DNA of 64,000 nucleotides, from the NCBI GenBank assembly GCA_950097015.1, contig CATNEN010000039.1, positions 13,516,001 through 13,580,000 of the forward strand. Direction: 5' to 3'. The translations under genes and the position numbers were made by a program. The notes beneath the pieces are model-generated. The model ran no database searches. It had not been told where the DNA came from and worked only from the letters and a program-made list of their open reading frames with translations. Below, piece after piece: positions 45,659 to 58,700 of the stretch (the first letter of the stretch is position 1; each line of letters begins with the position of its first letter). This DNA comes from Macrostomum hystrix (Eukaryota > Animalia > Platyhelminthes).

Positions 45659-48600
45659 TCAGTGAATGATCCGACATTGCGGCATATTCATGCTCAGGAA
45701 GCCGCGAACCTGGCAGCTGGCGGCGGGACAGTTCGTCAACTCTAGGTGATGCAGCTGCTGCAGCCGGATCAGATTGCAGAGTCCGTCGCCAGTCATTCTG
45801 CTGATACCTGCATGCCATGTACTCCCCAGCTTCAGCACGACTGTGGAAAATATTTCTGAATTACATCTAGGATTACTGGAAAGCGGAGACCGAGAGGGGA
45901 AAAAGGAGACAGGAGAGAGGAGACAGGAGAGAGGAGACACGGGAGAGAGGAAACAAGGGAAAGTAGACAGGGGAGAGATGAGACAGGGGAGAGATGAGAT
46001 ACGGGAGAGAGGAGATACGGGAGAGAGGAGACAGGGGAGAGAGGAAATAAGGGAAAGTAGACAGGGGAGAGATGAGACAGTGGAGAGATGAGACAGTGGA
46101 GAGATGAGACAGTGGAGAGATGAGACAGGGAAGAGATGAGACAGGGAAGAGATGAGACAGTGGAGAGATGAGACAGGAGAGATGAGACACGGGAGAGAGG
46201 AGACAGAAGAGATGAGACAGTGGAGAGATGAGACAGGAGAGATGAGACACGGGAGAGAGGAGACAGAAGAGATGAGACACGGGAGAGAGGAGACAGGAGA
46301 GATGAGACACGGGAGAGAGGAGACAGAAGAGATGAGACACGGGAGAGAGGAGACAGGAGAGATGAGACACGGGAGAGAGGAGATAGGAGAGATGAGACAC
46401 GGGAGAGAGGAGACAGGAGAGATGAGACACGGGAGAGAGGAGACAGGAGAGATGAGACACGGGAGAGAGGAGACAGGAGAGATGAGACACGGGAGAGAGG
46501 AGACAGGAGAGATGAGACACGGGAGAGAGGAGACAGGAGAGATGAGACACGGAGAGAGGAGACAGCAGAGATTGACATAAAGAGATTGACGGGTGATGTT
46601 CTAAGGGTCGTCATGTAGGCACGTGGTTCGGAGTTTAGTCACTCAGGTCACTCAGCTCACCTGCGATAGACAGAAAGCTGAGCGTCCTGATATTCAGAAT
46701 GTGCCTGAGCGATGTATCGCTGAGGGTTGAGCACCATCTCAGGCAGAGAACGCGCAGTCTAGGCATCGTGGACAGGTAGCCAACGCCAATGTCCGATATT
46801 GTGGTGCACCTGAAGATTTGGTTGGTCGTTTAGTCCTAAAACACTTAATTTAAGTCAGATCTTTCGACTTGAATTCGTTGACGACGACTTGTTGAACTGT
46901 CCATGGACTGGTGGGACGCCGCAGCCAACCTCAATTATCCCAGCCAATGCTTGCACCCGTTTAACAGCAGAAAGACAACGCTATTTTTGAACTGAACTGA
47001 AGCAACGCAGACTCAGGAATCAGGAGTCAGGAATCGAACCACTGACCTTCCAGTCGTTAGTCTGTGGCCATAGCCACTAGGCTATTATCCATTGAAACAC
47101 CCGACAGTTTTTAATAACATAAAAGAGAGTAGGGTCAGATGTACAGCCATAGATATTTAAATTTAAGTAAATTGAAGCAAAAATACTTCTTTCATGAAAA
47201 TATGAGATATTCAACCGTCAGGCGTCAGGCGGGTGCCAGGTGACAAAAACCACAAACATATGCATAATTTTTCTGCTCAGAAAATCATTATTCAATCTAC
47301 AGGTTAATTTTTTGTGTTGTCGATGTTTTTATTACGAGCTAATTGCAAGACTTTTACGAAAGGTAGGTGAACTTTTTTAAAACATCAGCACCTATGTATT
47401 CAGCTGTTTTTATACAAAATTGCTTCAGAATTCAATACCCCAGCTGAATTAATGCTTCTACCCATTTCAAAGCTTGGCGAACTGAATCGAAGTTACTTTA
47501 CAGCACAGTAATGAAACAGTCTCTACATCTGAGTATAGTCTTTCCCATATGGTTTTCTGAACATTTACACCGTTTTGTGGAGTTAGATAAACACTTGTAT
47601 TTGTCAAGCCTATAGCTGTGATGTAGTTGCCTCAAAATCACCCAGCCATATCTCCTGATGCCCCGCATTTAACTCAGTACAGAATCAGTCCAGCTTCATA
47701 CTCGTACTTTATCTTCAGCCTCTCATAATAATAATAATCATAATTGCAGCAGGGCTGTGGGCAATGGCACATCATTTGGTGACACTAGACCCGCAGCCAG
47801 CGAGTAGGCAATTCTGCCTATTTCGCTGACTCCTGAGCACACACGCACACAGATACAGCACGCAGGCACACACTCGCACAGGTGTGCACATCTGCCCTGA
47901 CTTTCTCACAGTCAGTCACTGTACACTCTCACTGTGCCTTGGAGGTTGGCCCTCAAGGGCGTAAATTGCACGACAAACCGTCAAATGAATGTGGCCTCGC
48001 CGAGGAATCGAGCTCAGGGACCTTAAGTGCGAGAGGCGAACTCGTTAACAGCTCGGCTACTCACCCCCTCAGCCTCATATTATCGTCTTTAAATAATGTA
48101 TGACAAAATGGTTTGATAAGTGTCCACTTTGCTGCCAAAGATTTCACCTCTGCGCTGAATTGTCTATACTCGAATGCTATATACAAGTAGGATCTCATTA
48201 TACTCGTACTACAGGAATTCGTTCTCAGACGCACCTGTCCAGCTGCAGCCTCTCTAGAAGGCCCAGGTCGCAAGCGATGCACTCCAGAGAGACATCCGTT
48301 AGCTTCTGGCACCAGCTGAGATCCAAGGAGCGCAGCTGCTTCATGTGCTCCGTGATGCAGTCAACCGCATCGTCGGTTATCTTTGAACAACCGCTTAGCG
48401 ACAGCTCTTGTAGATGAGGCATGCTGCTAGCCAGGTTGAGAACACCTTGGTTTGTGAGCTCCCAGCAGCTATTTAGTGTTAGCCTGGCAATAGCGGCCGC
48501 CTGCTTACTGCTGAACAGAGTCATGGCATTGTCAGTTACGTGATAGCCCTGCAACTCCAGACAGGTGAGATTTGGCAAAAGCTGCGTGATGGCGGCCACG

Positions 48601-49481
48601 CTCTCGTCTGAGACGTTAATGCAGTCAGTGACCATCAGGTTCGTCAGCTTCGGCGAGAGCGAGGACCACAGCCCGACCTCGGACAGATCGTTGCAGCCGA
48701 CCAGACAAAGTGACGTCAGATTTGAGAATGAATCGACCAGTGTCTCCAAGCCCTTATCGGTGATGGTGCAGTTGTGCAGTGACAGCTCTGTGACGCGCTT
48801 CTCCACACTGGCAATTTGGATTAGGAAAGTGCTCAAACAATCGTCGGAGAAATTCACCAGCTTCACAGAGTTAATGCAGCGCTGAGCAAGACTGTCGCAG
48901 CAGCGCGCCAACAGTGGAACGTCTTCTTTCAACTGCCTGATGGGCAGCGTCAGGCGGAGGTCGTGCCAGAACGGCAAAGCGTACAGAATGTCTCGCCAAA
49001 TTGAGCACACCGAGCACACACGACTGGCCTCGTAGGGGCTGAGGTAGCGGGCAATTAGCCGCACAAACCAAGCGGCGTTGAGCAGTTCATTGGCCGGTAT
49101 CGGCGGACCCTTGGTGGCTAGCTTGGCCCGCATGTAGTCCCTGTAGCGGGTGCGACGTCGCCTGGGAGTGAGGTCGATCTTCAGGCCCTGGTTGAACAGA
49201 CGTTGTTTGATTGCAGCCACAGTAGCCCCGCCGCCACCGCCGCCGCCGCTGACAATGCCACCGCCGTTGCTTCCATTTCCTGAGCGAGACAGCAGCGGGC
49301 TGCCTGGAGTTGCTGCCTGACCGTTGGGCTTGCTCCCAGTGCCATCGGAGGGCTGCTGCTGCTGCTGCTGCTCTGCAGCTGGGGTGCTGCAGCTATTGCT
49401 GCCTTTGCTGCTTGTGATGCGCAGGTTGCGGATGTTGTGCGAAAAATCCACACAGGCGCGAGCAAACGAAGCCATGTCCAT
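45659..49481 (-). CDS. FBXL16: F-box/LRR-repeat protein 16, about 514 aa, 3 coding exons
   Basis: Exons 49481-48235, 46809-46661 and 45807(or 45840)-45659 are GT-AG and phase-compatible. F-box-like VCSVCSIWRDILY, then LRRs GCNDLSEVGLWSSL, DCINVSDESVAAITQLLP, LSLSGCSKITDD, LDLSWCQKLTD.SLECIACDL, LDRC, LCLRWC, LELTNCP, typical of FBXL16. Confidence 0.9.
45885..46565. repeat. GA-rich 18-30-bp minisatellite (GAGATGAGACACGGGAGAGAGGAGACAGGA) filling the last FBXL16 intron
   Basis: Direct reading. Confidence 0.95.
46895..47087 (-). mobile_element. tRNA-derived SINE, family A copy, in FBXL16 intron
   Basis: Minus strand TAGCCTAGTGG (A box) and GGTTCGATTCC (B box). Shares GTCCATGGACTGG...CCTCAATTAT.CCAGC...GAACTGAAG with 34350-34440. 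Confidence 0.6.
47727..48068 (-). mobile_element. tRNA-derived SINE, family B, with (ATT)n tail
   Basis: Minus-strand tRNA-like head GGGGTGAGTAGCCGAGCTGTTAAC...GAGCTCGATTCC. Close copy at 61140-61410 and 3' fragments at ~27835-27900 and 35605-35850. Confidence 0.75.
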
Positions 49482-51069
49482 CTCTGCAGGAGAACCTTGT
49501 GTTACACCTTTGTTATCCTCCTTTGCTTTCTGTTTAATTCTTTCCAGACAGACTAGAAAGTTTCTTCAATTTAAGACAAGCTTGGCGCACTCCCCCAGAG
49601 AAGCTGAGCTGGCGTGAGTTTAGGGGCTAGCTTCGCGGTCGACGGCAAGGCGACATTTTTTTACTAATGTTAGGAGGAGGATAATACAGAAGGCCGTGGG
49701 GGGTACAGGGCAGGGTGAGAAAGCTAAAAGAAAGCTCAGCCTGGGGGAAACGGCGATGAGGCATAGACGGCGCGGGATGGCTGGGTGAGTGCGTGCGCCG
49801 CGAAGACTAAAGCTGAGCAGAGGTTGGGAGCTGAGGCTGAGCAGAGGTTGGGAGCTGAGGCTGAGCAGAGGCTGAGGGAGCGGAGCTACTGTCCAGGCAG
49901 TGGTTGGAATGAGATTGGCGATGCCGGAGTTGCCGGATGAGAGAGCCCGGGGGAGAGAGGGGTGACGCCACTATAAACGTCTCTCGGCTCCATCCACCTC
50001 GCTCTCTCTCCCAACAGCCATTCTTGGCAAGGGAGCTGCGCTCATGACCAATGCACATCTTGCTAAGAGACAGACGGGGAAGGTTAGGGAGATGCTGCTG
50101 AACACAGGAGAGAGCGATAAGACCTATGCCGTGCAGATCATTCCACAGCCGAGCCACCCCGCCTGCCCGCCGCCTTCCCTCAGACCCTTCCTTCGCTAAG
50201 AAGGCTCCCGAAATCTCGTCCCTAGCTGCTGCTGCTAAGGGTGTGGGGTTGGCGGCAGTTGGGGAGAGGAATGAGGGACGGCTATGGCCCGCCCCACCCC
50301 ATTCAGGGCAGACAGTTGTTTCACGGCTAAAAATGGATCTCGCTCTAGAATTGTGGACCATAGGGCCAGGTTAGGAAGGCGCCCCTAACTTGCGTGCGCA
50401 GCTGCGGCCAGGGGTGCTTTTACACTCTCTCCCTCGTTCTCTCTCTCTCTCTCTTCCTCTGAATCCCGTGGCTATACAAGCGAAATTCAGCATATAGGGT
50501 AGTATGACTACACACTGGACCAGTACAGCCCCTCCTCCTATTCTATTCCTTCATCCTTACATTGCTAAAAGCTCCCAACTGGTCCCTGTGTGCTGTTGTA
50601 TTTTTTTGCTCCTAAAATCTGTCCTTCTCTCTCTCTAGCAACCTAGCAGCTAGTAAACCACCCCGTAGGCCTAACTAACAAGGCAGGTCATTTTTTAATA
50701 GAAGCGAGCCACGAATAGCCCGCTTGCCAATACAAAGAGCCGACTGCTTCTGCGGAGGCCAGAGAAGGAGGGCACGAAAGGGCATGGAATGGGCACAGCC
50801 TCTGGGAATTGGGGAATAGGTGCTGCATCATTTTATCAGCAAGTTTTAGAGTTAGTCAGGTAAGCAAAGCAGATAGGTAGCAGACGGGCAGTTCTCCCGT
50901 GACTTCTCCCTTCTCGCAGTTTTCATTGCTATTCTGGCTTTAGTGGCGACATTGTTCAGATCAAGGATTTTGGTTTCAGGGGTTCGGCTGCAACCTCCGG
51001 TCAGCGGGCCAGAGGCCATCCTCGAAGCTGCAAGATCTTCGAGGATCTGGTCTAAGTCTAACACCTACT

Positions 51070-51340
51070 CTCTTCTGTCCCATCTCACCCCTGTCCCATC
51101 TCACCCCTGTCCCATCTCACCCCTGTCCCATCTCTTTCCTGTCCCATCTCTCCCGTCTCATATCTCCCCTGTCTCATATCTATTGTGTCATATCTCTCCC
51201 CTGTCTCATCTATCTCCTATCTCATCATTCTGTCTTTTCCCCTCTGTCCCATCTCCACTCATCTTTCTCCTGTCCCACCTCTCACTGTCTCATATCTCCC
51301 CTGTATTTCTCTCCCATGCATCATATCCCCTGCCTCGTCT
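51070..51340. repeat. Degenerate pyrimidine-rich minisatellite (CCCCTGTCCCATCTCA-like)
   Basis: Direct reading. Confidence 0.8.
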
Positions 51341-52768
51341 CAGTGCTAAATAAAAAAGGCTTGTCCCAATGATACTTTCTGCTTGCCTGAGGGGGCTAAA
51401 CTTGCTAGTTTAGAATACTAAACAGCTTTTTTAAAAATTGCTTACATAATAGCAAAGAAGGTATAGTTGGATCACAGACATGACAATGAGTTGTGATCGG
51501 TAGAGTAGTCCACCCACCTACACTAAATTACTAGCTAAGTATAAAATATCCCACTAAAAGCTAGACTAGTCAGGCAAAATCACCGCACAGATAGCAATGT
51601 CGATATGCCTGCGACAGCAAGATTAGGCGAGTAATGAAAGAAACGAGATTAGAACGAGGAGTCACGTAGAAAATGAGCAATGATTGAGCTTCAAGGGGGC
51701 TCAAGGTAATCCAATAGCGCGCGTGATCCGATCCCATTTGAGAGCTCTTCATTCGGTGAATCCAACATAAATCCTCACTTTTCAGTAAAGTCCCATTATC
51801 GTGTCATGATTCTGATCAGTTTACCCTAAGCCACACGTATAAAGAGCTCAATTCCAGCGGTGAGACTGCATCTCTCTCTAGGGTCCAGCACTGATGATCG
51901 AAAGATTTTTACTTGCCATAGTAGTCCGCTTATTAAATGTGAGCGTATTAATCGTGACAAGTCGGTGCTCTCCAGAATAAATGCTCACAATGAGTAGTAG
52001 CTAGCTGGTGAAGGACTACTGAAAGTAGAAATGAAGGAATCAACGCTCACATAGATTGCACCAATCACCATGAAAATACAAAACATAACCTAAAATTTTC
52101 CGCTCTATTCGTTAAAAAACTCCTAGAATTACATAACATTGGCACCGTCGAGATATTCAACGATTCTCGTGGTGGTGTCTGGTGGCAAGAAACCACCAAA
52201 AAAGACAATTTTTCTTCTCACAAAATTTCATCACGAAACCATGGCGTATAATATTATTCGTTATATTGTTAATTACTATAGTTTTGAACCAATATGGATT
52301 CGCTACAGAGGTTTATACTGAGCTACGAGTATGTTGCACTTGTCACCAGGGTCTTTGAAAATAATCACTAAATATTCCGACGATGCTGACGTCGGACGGC
52401 TGCGAAAGTTAGTTCATTGTAAATGATACATTTTTTTATCTAGACGGTGGAAATTTACAAAAATTGGTCATTCCGATTGAAGTATGTGCGTGTGCTGCCT
52501 CAAGTACTTAAATAATAATATTGCTTACATTTTTTCTGCTTTTACGATGGCTCCTTAATTAAATGCTAAAATAATGAGTCCAACCGTTAACAGCTTGCCA
52601 ACTTCGTCAATGAACATGCCGATGAGTGCAGTGGCTGATTCCTGCAGAAAGGTTCTCTCTGTGGATACACATAGCTCCTTTATAGCCGCTGCTGACTGGT
52701 TGAGAATAGTCCTATATAAACATGCAGCTAAATAGCAAGAATTGATCGCGTCCAGACACAAATTAGAG

Positions 52769-55700
52769 ATGTGCAAATTTGAAGGACCTGTATCCATGCT
52801 GCTGCTGTTGACTCTGACGGCTCAAGTCTCTGCAGCGCCTCGCAGTCTGGCATTCAAGTACATGGGCTGCTACAAAGAAAGCGAGCCGGCTGATCGTGAC
52901 CTGGTCGGCCTCAAGCGGCTCACTAAGCTGGGCCCATACCCCGTGAATAGTCCAGCAGAAGGCCTGACATCAATCGCTGGCATGACAATCAGGATGTGCA
53001 GCCAGCTGTGCTCTTTCGGCGGCTTCACCTACTTCGGAGTGCAGGCAGGCTCCTTCTGTTCCTGCGATTTCACCTACGGATCCTTCGGCACAGCTCCTGA
53101 GTCTGACTGCTCCTTGAGGTGCAATGGAAACGCGTCGGAGTTTTGTGGCAACAATTATCGCAACTCGATGTACAACATCACTTATTTGGGTGAGCTTTGT
53201 CGTACAGCGTATGCATTACACGTACGAGTTAGAACTATGAGTCGAGGGGTGTCGAAACATCTTAGGACTTTTTCGCATAAAGCTATCTTTAACAGCCAGA
53301 AATATATAGTAGCAGCAACTGATTGATTTTGCAGCTTTACTTACAAATGAGACAGCAGATCAGACCAATTTCGAAAATATCACTATCTGTTCAAAAGTAA
53401 TGCCTTCTCAGCTACATAATAGGAGCAGGACTGTTGGACTGTACAATTTTGAAAAATCATGGAATAAGCCAATTCAAACTTGTAAGAAAAATCTCTCTTG
53501 TGTAATGACGTATGCCACGGCATACCTATTTTTATATCTATGGTACGAATGTAATTTTCTTCCGCTTGGTGGCACTTAAAACCACGAGAAGACTGATGGT
53601 AAGCAGTGCTTACCAAGGCCTAATTTTACTTCCTGCCGGCTTGAGTAGATAGAATTCTATGGTTAAATTGATATTATCGGTTCCTGCCTGCAGTGGTAAG
53701 CACAGCTTACCGTGAATATTCTAGATTTTTTTCTGACAAGCATAAATTTTAATTTGTACATTCTTAATTATGTGTTGTTTGTACATCTCCTTTATAGCTT
53801 TTAGTTCAAACATTCTATTTTATTCAAGAAGGCTCTGATAAATTTGAATTCCAATATCTTAACTTTCTCGTAGTATTGTAAAAATAACTAAAGAACAAAG
53901 AAGAGCATCGAAACAGCCGATACATCTGTCCAATCTAACTTACCAGCGCATACAGAGGGTACGACTGGTACACTATGCAGAAACTATAACTAGCAAAACT
54001 AGAATAAATAAATAATAGTCATTAACAAATTTAAGCTAAAGACAAGAGGCAAAACTGAAAACTTAAGTCAGTTTGAGTGTTAAGCTGGTCCATTCTGTCG
54101 ATACTTCAACGCTGCGAATGCCAACGTTGGAAGCAATCGAACAAACAAAGTCCCGGGCATCCTGGACATCGGCTGCAGAAATAAATTGTGCGCCGGGACC
54201 TGGCAGAACTGTAGCAAATTCTGCACCTTTTCGTAGGTCTGGGCTGGGCAGGACGACCTGGGATTTTCTCCGGAAAATGCTGCTCAACGACTGCAACTGA
54301 GCGCAGCATGGAAGCCGGTCGCTTCCTGCCATTTCCAGTTCGCTCTACTAACTCGCGGATGCTGGCTTCGAGATATTTGATGAAGGTATTCTGGCCACCA
54401 CACTTGGAGTACAGAACCCAAGCGTTGCGCACCATTTGAAGGCACATATGCAAGCCCAGCTTGTGGAACCATTTTGTTGTTTTTCTGCCGGCGTCATAAG
54501 GCTGCAGGGTGCCGTCTAGCTTGTCCACACCACCCATGCAGCGATTGTAAGTTAAGACACTGCGGCTCTTCTGCACTGCCACATGTTGTCCAGCTCGATT
54601 GATCTTGACTTTCTCGGCCTTTGACGCAACGTCCTTCGTGTCCAGCAAATACACGGTCTTGACTCCACTCTGCTTCCTCTCGACAGCCTTCACAATTAGA
54701 ACTCGTCCCTTCCTCACGAAAGCTACATTATTCGGAACCACCACAGCCTGCCGAAGCTGAGCCGGAACTCCTCGGTCTGGCCTCACGGTGCCCGTCAGGA
54801 ACGTTGAATGGTCAATAAGGAACTGGGATAACCTGTATGATGTAAACCAGGTGTCGGTAAATATTCTGTACCCTTGGTCCAGAATGTCATTGGCCAGCTC
54901 ACCTACGATTCGCTCGCTGAGAGAAAGATTTACACAGTCCTGTGTGGAGCCGAACTTCCGATTTTCTTCTGGAGTTGAGTGCACTATGAAATTAAAGAGA
55001 TAAGCAGACTTGGACTCACACAGACAGTACATCTTCATTCCGGACTTGGCCCGCTTTGTTGGAATGTACTGTTTAAAACGAAGTCGCCCCTTAAACAGTA
55101 TCAAGGACTCGTCAATGCTCACTTCACACTCAGGCCTGTAGTTGTTCTTGCAATAAGCTTGCAGCATATTCATAAATGGACGAATCTTGAGTAGTGGATC
55201 TGCGCTTGCTTCTTCCCTGCTGTCGTAGAAGCGCAGAAATGTCAGCAGCTGCTTGAATCTATCGCGAGCTAACGCCTCGGGCTTCTGAAAGTATGGCATG
55301 CAGTGAAATTCATCTGTGCTCCAGTAGTCGTGTAGCTCGGAATTTTTGTTCAGGCCCATGTACAGGTGCATGCCGACTAGCTTTTTCATCTCGCTTGCGG
55401 TGCAGTCCCGCCAGCTAGTCAAGATAGGTGGAAGGACGTCCGTCTCAGGATCCAGCTCCATCAGCATGGTGGCCACCTTGGCGTTCGTCCATTCAGCGAG
55501 ACGTTGGAAAAGCTCATCAGAAAGGAACATTTGTAAAAATAAAGACTTATCCAGCTCAACATTGTCAGGAATTAAAACGTTAGGATTTAGGCCAGCAGTT
55601 CCGGTAAATTCAAAACTTTCTGTCCCTTCATCGGAGCCAGGCTCGACAAGCCGCCAAACATTCTCAACTTCAGCCGCTTCGCCATCTGCGAACTCCTGTC

Positions 55701-58700
55701 CTTCCTCGCCTTCAGGCTCTTCCATGATTGGAGGATTGCCATTCAGTGCGTCTTCGATGCCAACCTCCTCACCAGGCTCCTCGTCTATTGTTAAGTAGGA
55801 GTCGAGGCTCACTTCACTGTCTGAGGTCATGTATTCGATCCCAGAGAGAGAAGCCATGTACTGCAGGTTTTCAGTGAGTACGCTCGTACTGAGAAATTTA
55901 GTGAGAAAAGACTAACAAACAAGATGGTCAGAATATTATTGTAAGAAAGCTTGTCCTACTGTAAAGGGGACTTGCTGTGCACAGATTTCTATGGTAAGCA
56001 GCGCATACCAAGCAGGCAGCAAGTGAGACTGCTTTACTGGCTAAAGGCAGTAGTGCTGCTCATTTCCTTCCCGTCTAGTGCATCAGTTTAAGCCATGCTT
56101 GATTAGTAAGCCTAGCCGGCAGGAATGGGAGTGACATGCTATGCCAGAAAATATCTATGGTAAGCACTGCTTACCAAGCAGTCGGAAACAGACAAATGAT
56201 GGATTCTGGTTAGGCAGGAAGAGGAAAGCAGCCACGAAAGAAGCTAATTTTTTGACGCCAGTGAAGCCAATGCTCCTCCATCACGACAACGCTCGGACCA
56301 ACACTGCGCAAAAACCCACGCAAAGCAATCAACAAATACGAGTGCAATTCAACCTCCTGCCTCACCCGCCGTTTTTACCGGACAACGCCTTCGTGACTGC
56401 CTTGAGCACGAAGTGCGACCCACGAATACTACGAGCTGCTGCTGCTCGTAATGCACGAAACGCCAAGGCAGGCGTATGCAGATGCCGTCGGCAATAACAT
56501 GCTTACCCGGTGCAACATCGCTGACTATGTTGGGAACGTCTCACTTGCAGCTATAGAAGACATTTTAACTTTTTCGAAAGACAATCTGACCAAGTTCGTC
56601 TTCATGCAGTACTCCACTGGCCCGATAGAGCGTGGTATGTTTCAGCGCGATCGTAATGTCCACTAGCCGTAAATATATCTGCGACTGTATTGTCGCATTG
56701 GCGGAATGACAAACATTGTTGGCAGCACAGTATGGTCGCATTGGAGGAATGACAAACATTAATTGATGGCAGCACAGTATGGTCGCATTGGAGGAATGAC
56801 AAACATTGATGGCAGAACAGTATGGTCGCATTGGAGGAATGACAAACATTGATGGCAGCACAGCATATGGTCGCATTGGAGGAATGACAAACATTGATGG
56901 CAGCACAGCATATGGTCGCATTGGAGGAATGACAAACATTGATGGCAGAACAGTATGGTCGCATTGGAGGAATGACAAACATTGATGGCAGCACAGCATA
57001 TGGTCGCATTGGAGGAATGCCAAACATTGATGGCAGAACAGTATGGTCGCATTGGAGAATAACAATTTTGTTTAGTCTCAAAAGTATGTGGTTGGGAAGA
57101 GCAGAATTAAAAAGCTGATGAAGCTCAGGCAGCGCTTCTGCTCTCCCAGCCATCATTAATTCGCAGCCAAGCATGATAACTGCATCAGCCAAAGTCAAGG
57201 CTGCACACCCATATTAAGCAGTACGTGCGGAGTATGCTGCAATTGGCAATTTGTTTTCATATTCCCTCCTGTGAAACTTCAACTGCAACGTTGACCTAAG
57301 CTATTATAGCTTTTAGCGCTCAATTTCGGAAAGCGGGCTTTCAACTTCGGCAAGGGTCTGTGTCAGTCTCCCATCCCCTCCCATTGCAGGTGTCCATGGC
57401 CAGAAAATGCACAGACGGGCTTTCAAATTCAACAGCGGGCAATCAATTTCGGCATTAATCCACTTGAGCAAAAATTTAAACTGTATATTTCGGAGTTGAA
57501 AAACGCGAACATTTTGTTGAATGAATTCAATGCAAACTGCAGGACACTACGATAGAGACGCGAGCGTGTGAAACAAGTCGGACCACAAAGACAAAGCAGA
57601 TAGTCAAAATTTATCCCAATTATGTTTTCTCTTGCCTCAACACCATTATCCTCCAGTCCCTGGCCTAGAGCTCATGTCCCCCGGAATAATAAAAAAAAAA
57701 TGAGCACCAACAACAATGGCAGCTGTTGATCCAGTACAAATAATTTTTTTATGAAATGCATAGGCACAAAAAACACCCTATCCAAAGCTGCATATAGTAA
57801 AGATGTATTCTAACCTTGGATGTGGAATGCCAAACTAATATTTGACAGGCGATGATGGGCCATATACATATAGATTCTTGGAAAAGGCTGGTGTCTCAAA
57901 AGCCTGCAATGTTAAAGTGCCTATTGTTTCAATTCAGAGATAGAATTTCAGATTCACAAGATCGTCAAAAGATCTGCTTCGCAGTAAGGCAAAAAATAGA
58001 AATTAAAAGTTCTTAAGAGCATAGCTTGCGGTTAAATAAGTGGAGTAAGATTACTAAAAATTCACTTTTAAAGTTTTTTTTCGTTTTCCTGCGAAGTCTC
58101 CAGAATCATAGCTCTTTTAAATTGAGAAACCAAATTACGGACCTGATTAACAGTAGATGGACAATGGGGTAATTGAAAACCCCCATTTTCCCTGTATCTC
58201 CCATTATATTTAACTAATCACCATGAAACTTCCCTCGTCGGAATGTCAAGTGGCAAAAACCAGCAATGTATCTAGGCCTGCAGTTTTTCTGCGCACAGAA
58301 TTCATTCATGCAACCATGTTGGCTAACGCGATTTTTTATTAAAATTTTTAACTACGAGTATTATATAATAATAGTTATCAGAGAGCAATGTGAGTTGTCC
58401 TTGTCACCAGTGTCTTCGACTAATACAATACAATACAATAAATACAATGGCCACCGGCCACAAGTGGTCAGGAAAGGGGGGGACATTGTCAAAAAGCACG
58501 CTTAGCTGCGCAGTCTCTGATGAAGGTAGCGCCATTGATCTGATCAGGCGCCCTGGCGTCTTCTGTCAGACAGTCGACGAACCTCCGGGTCCGCGCCTGC
58601 CCCCGCCGGAACGGGCCCTGCTGCGTGTACAGCAAGACCTCCTGCAGCGGCTCCGGGCAGTAGGACTCGGCGCGAATGACGTGGCCCGCCAGCTTCAGGC

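Noticed and set aside
45832-46614. Ser/Leu/Pro- or Glu/Arg-rich ORFs
   Set aside because: They are translations of the FBXL16 intronic GA-rich repeat.
49807-50374. ORFs upstream of FBXL16
   Set aside because: No recognisable domain; probably 5' UTR or regulatory sequence.
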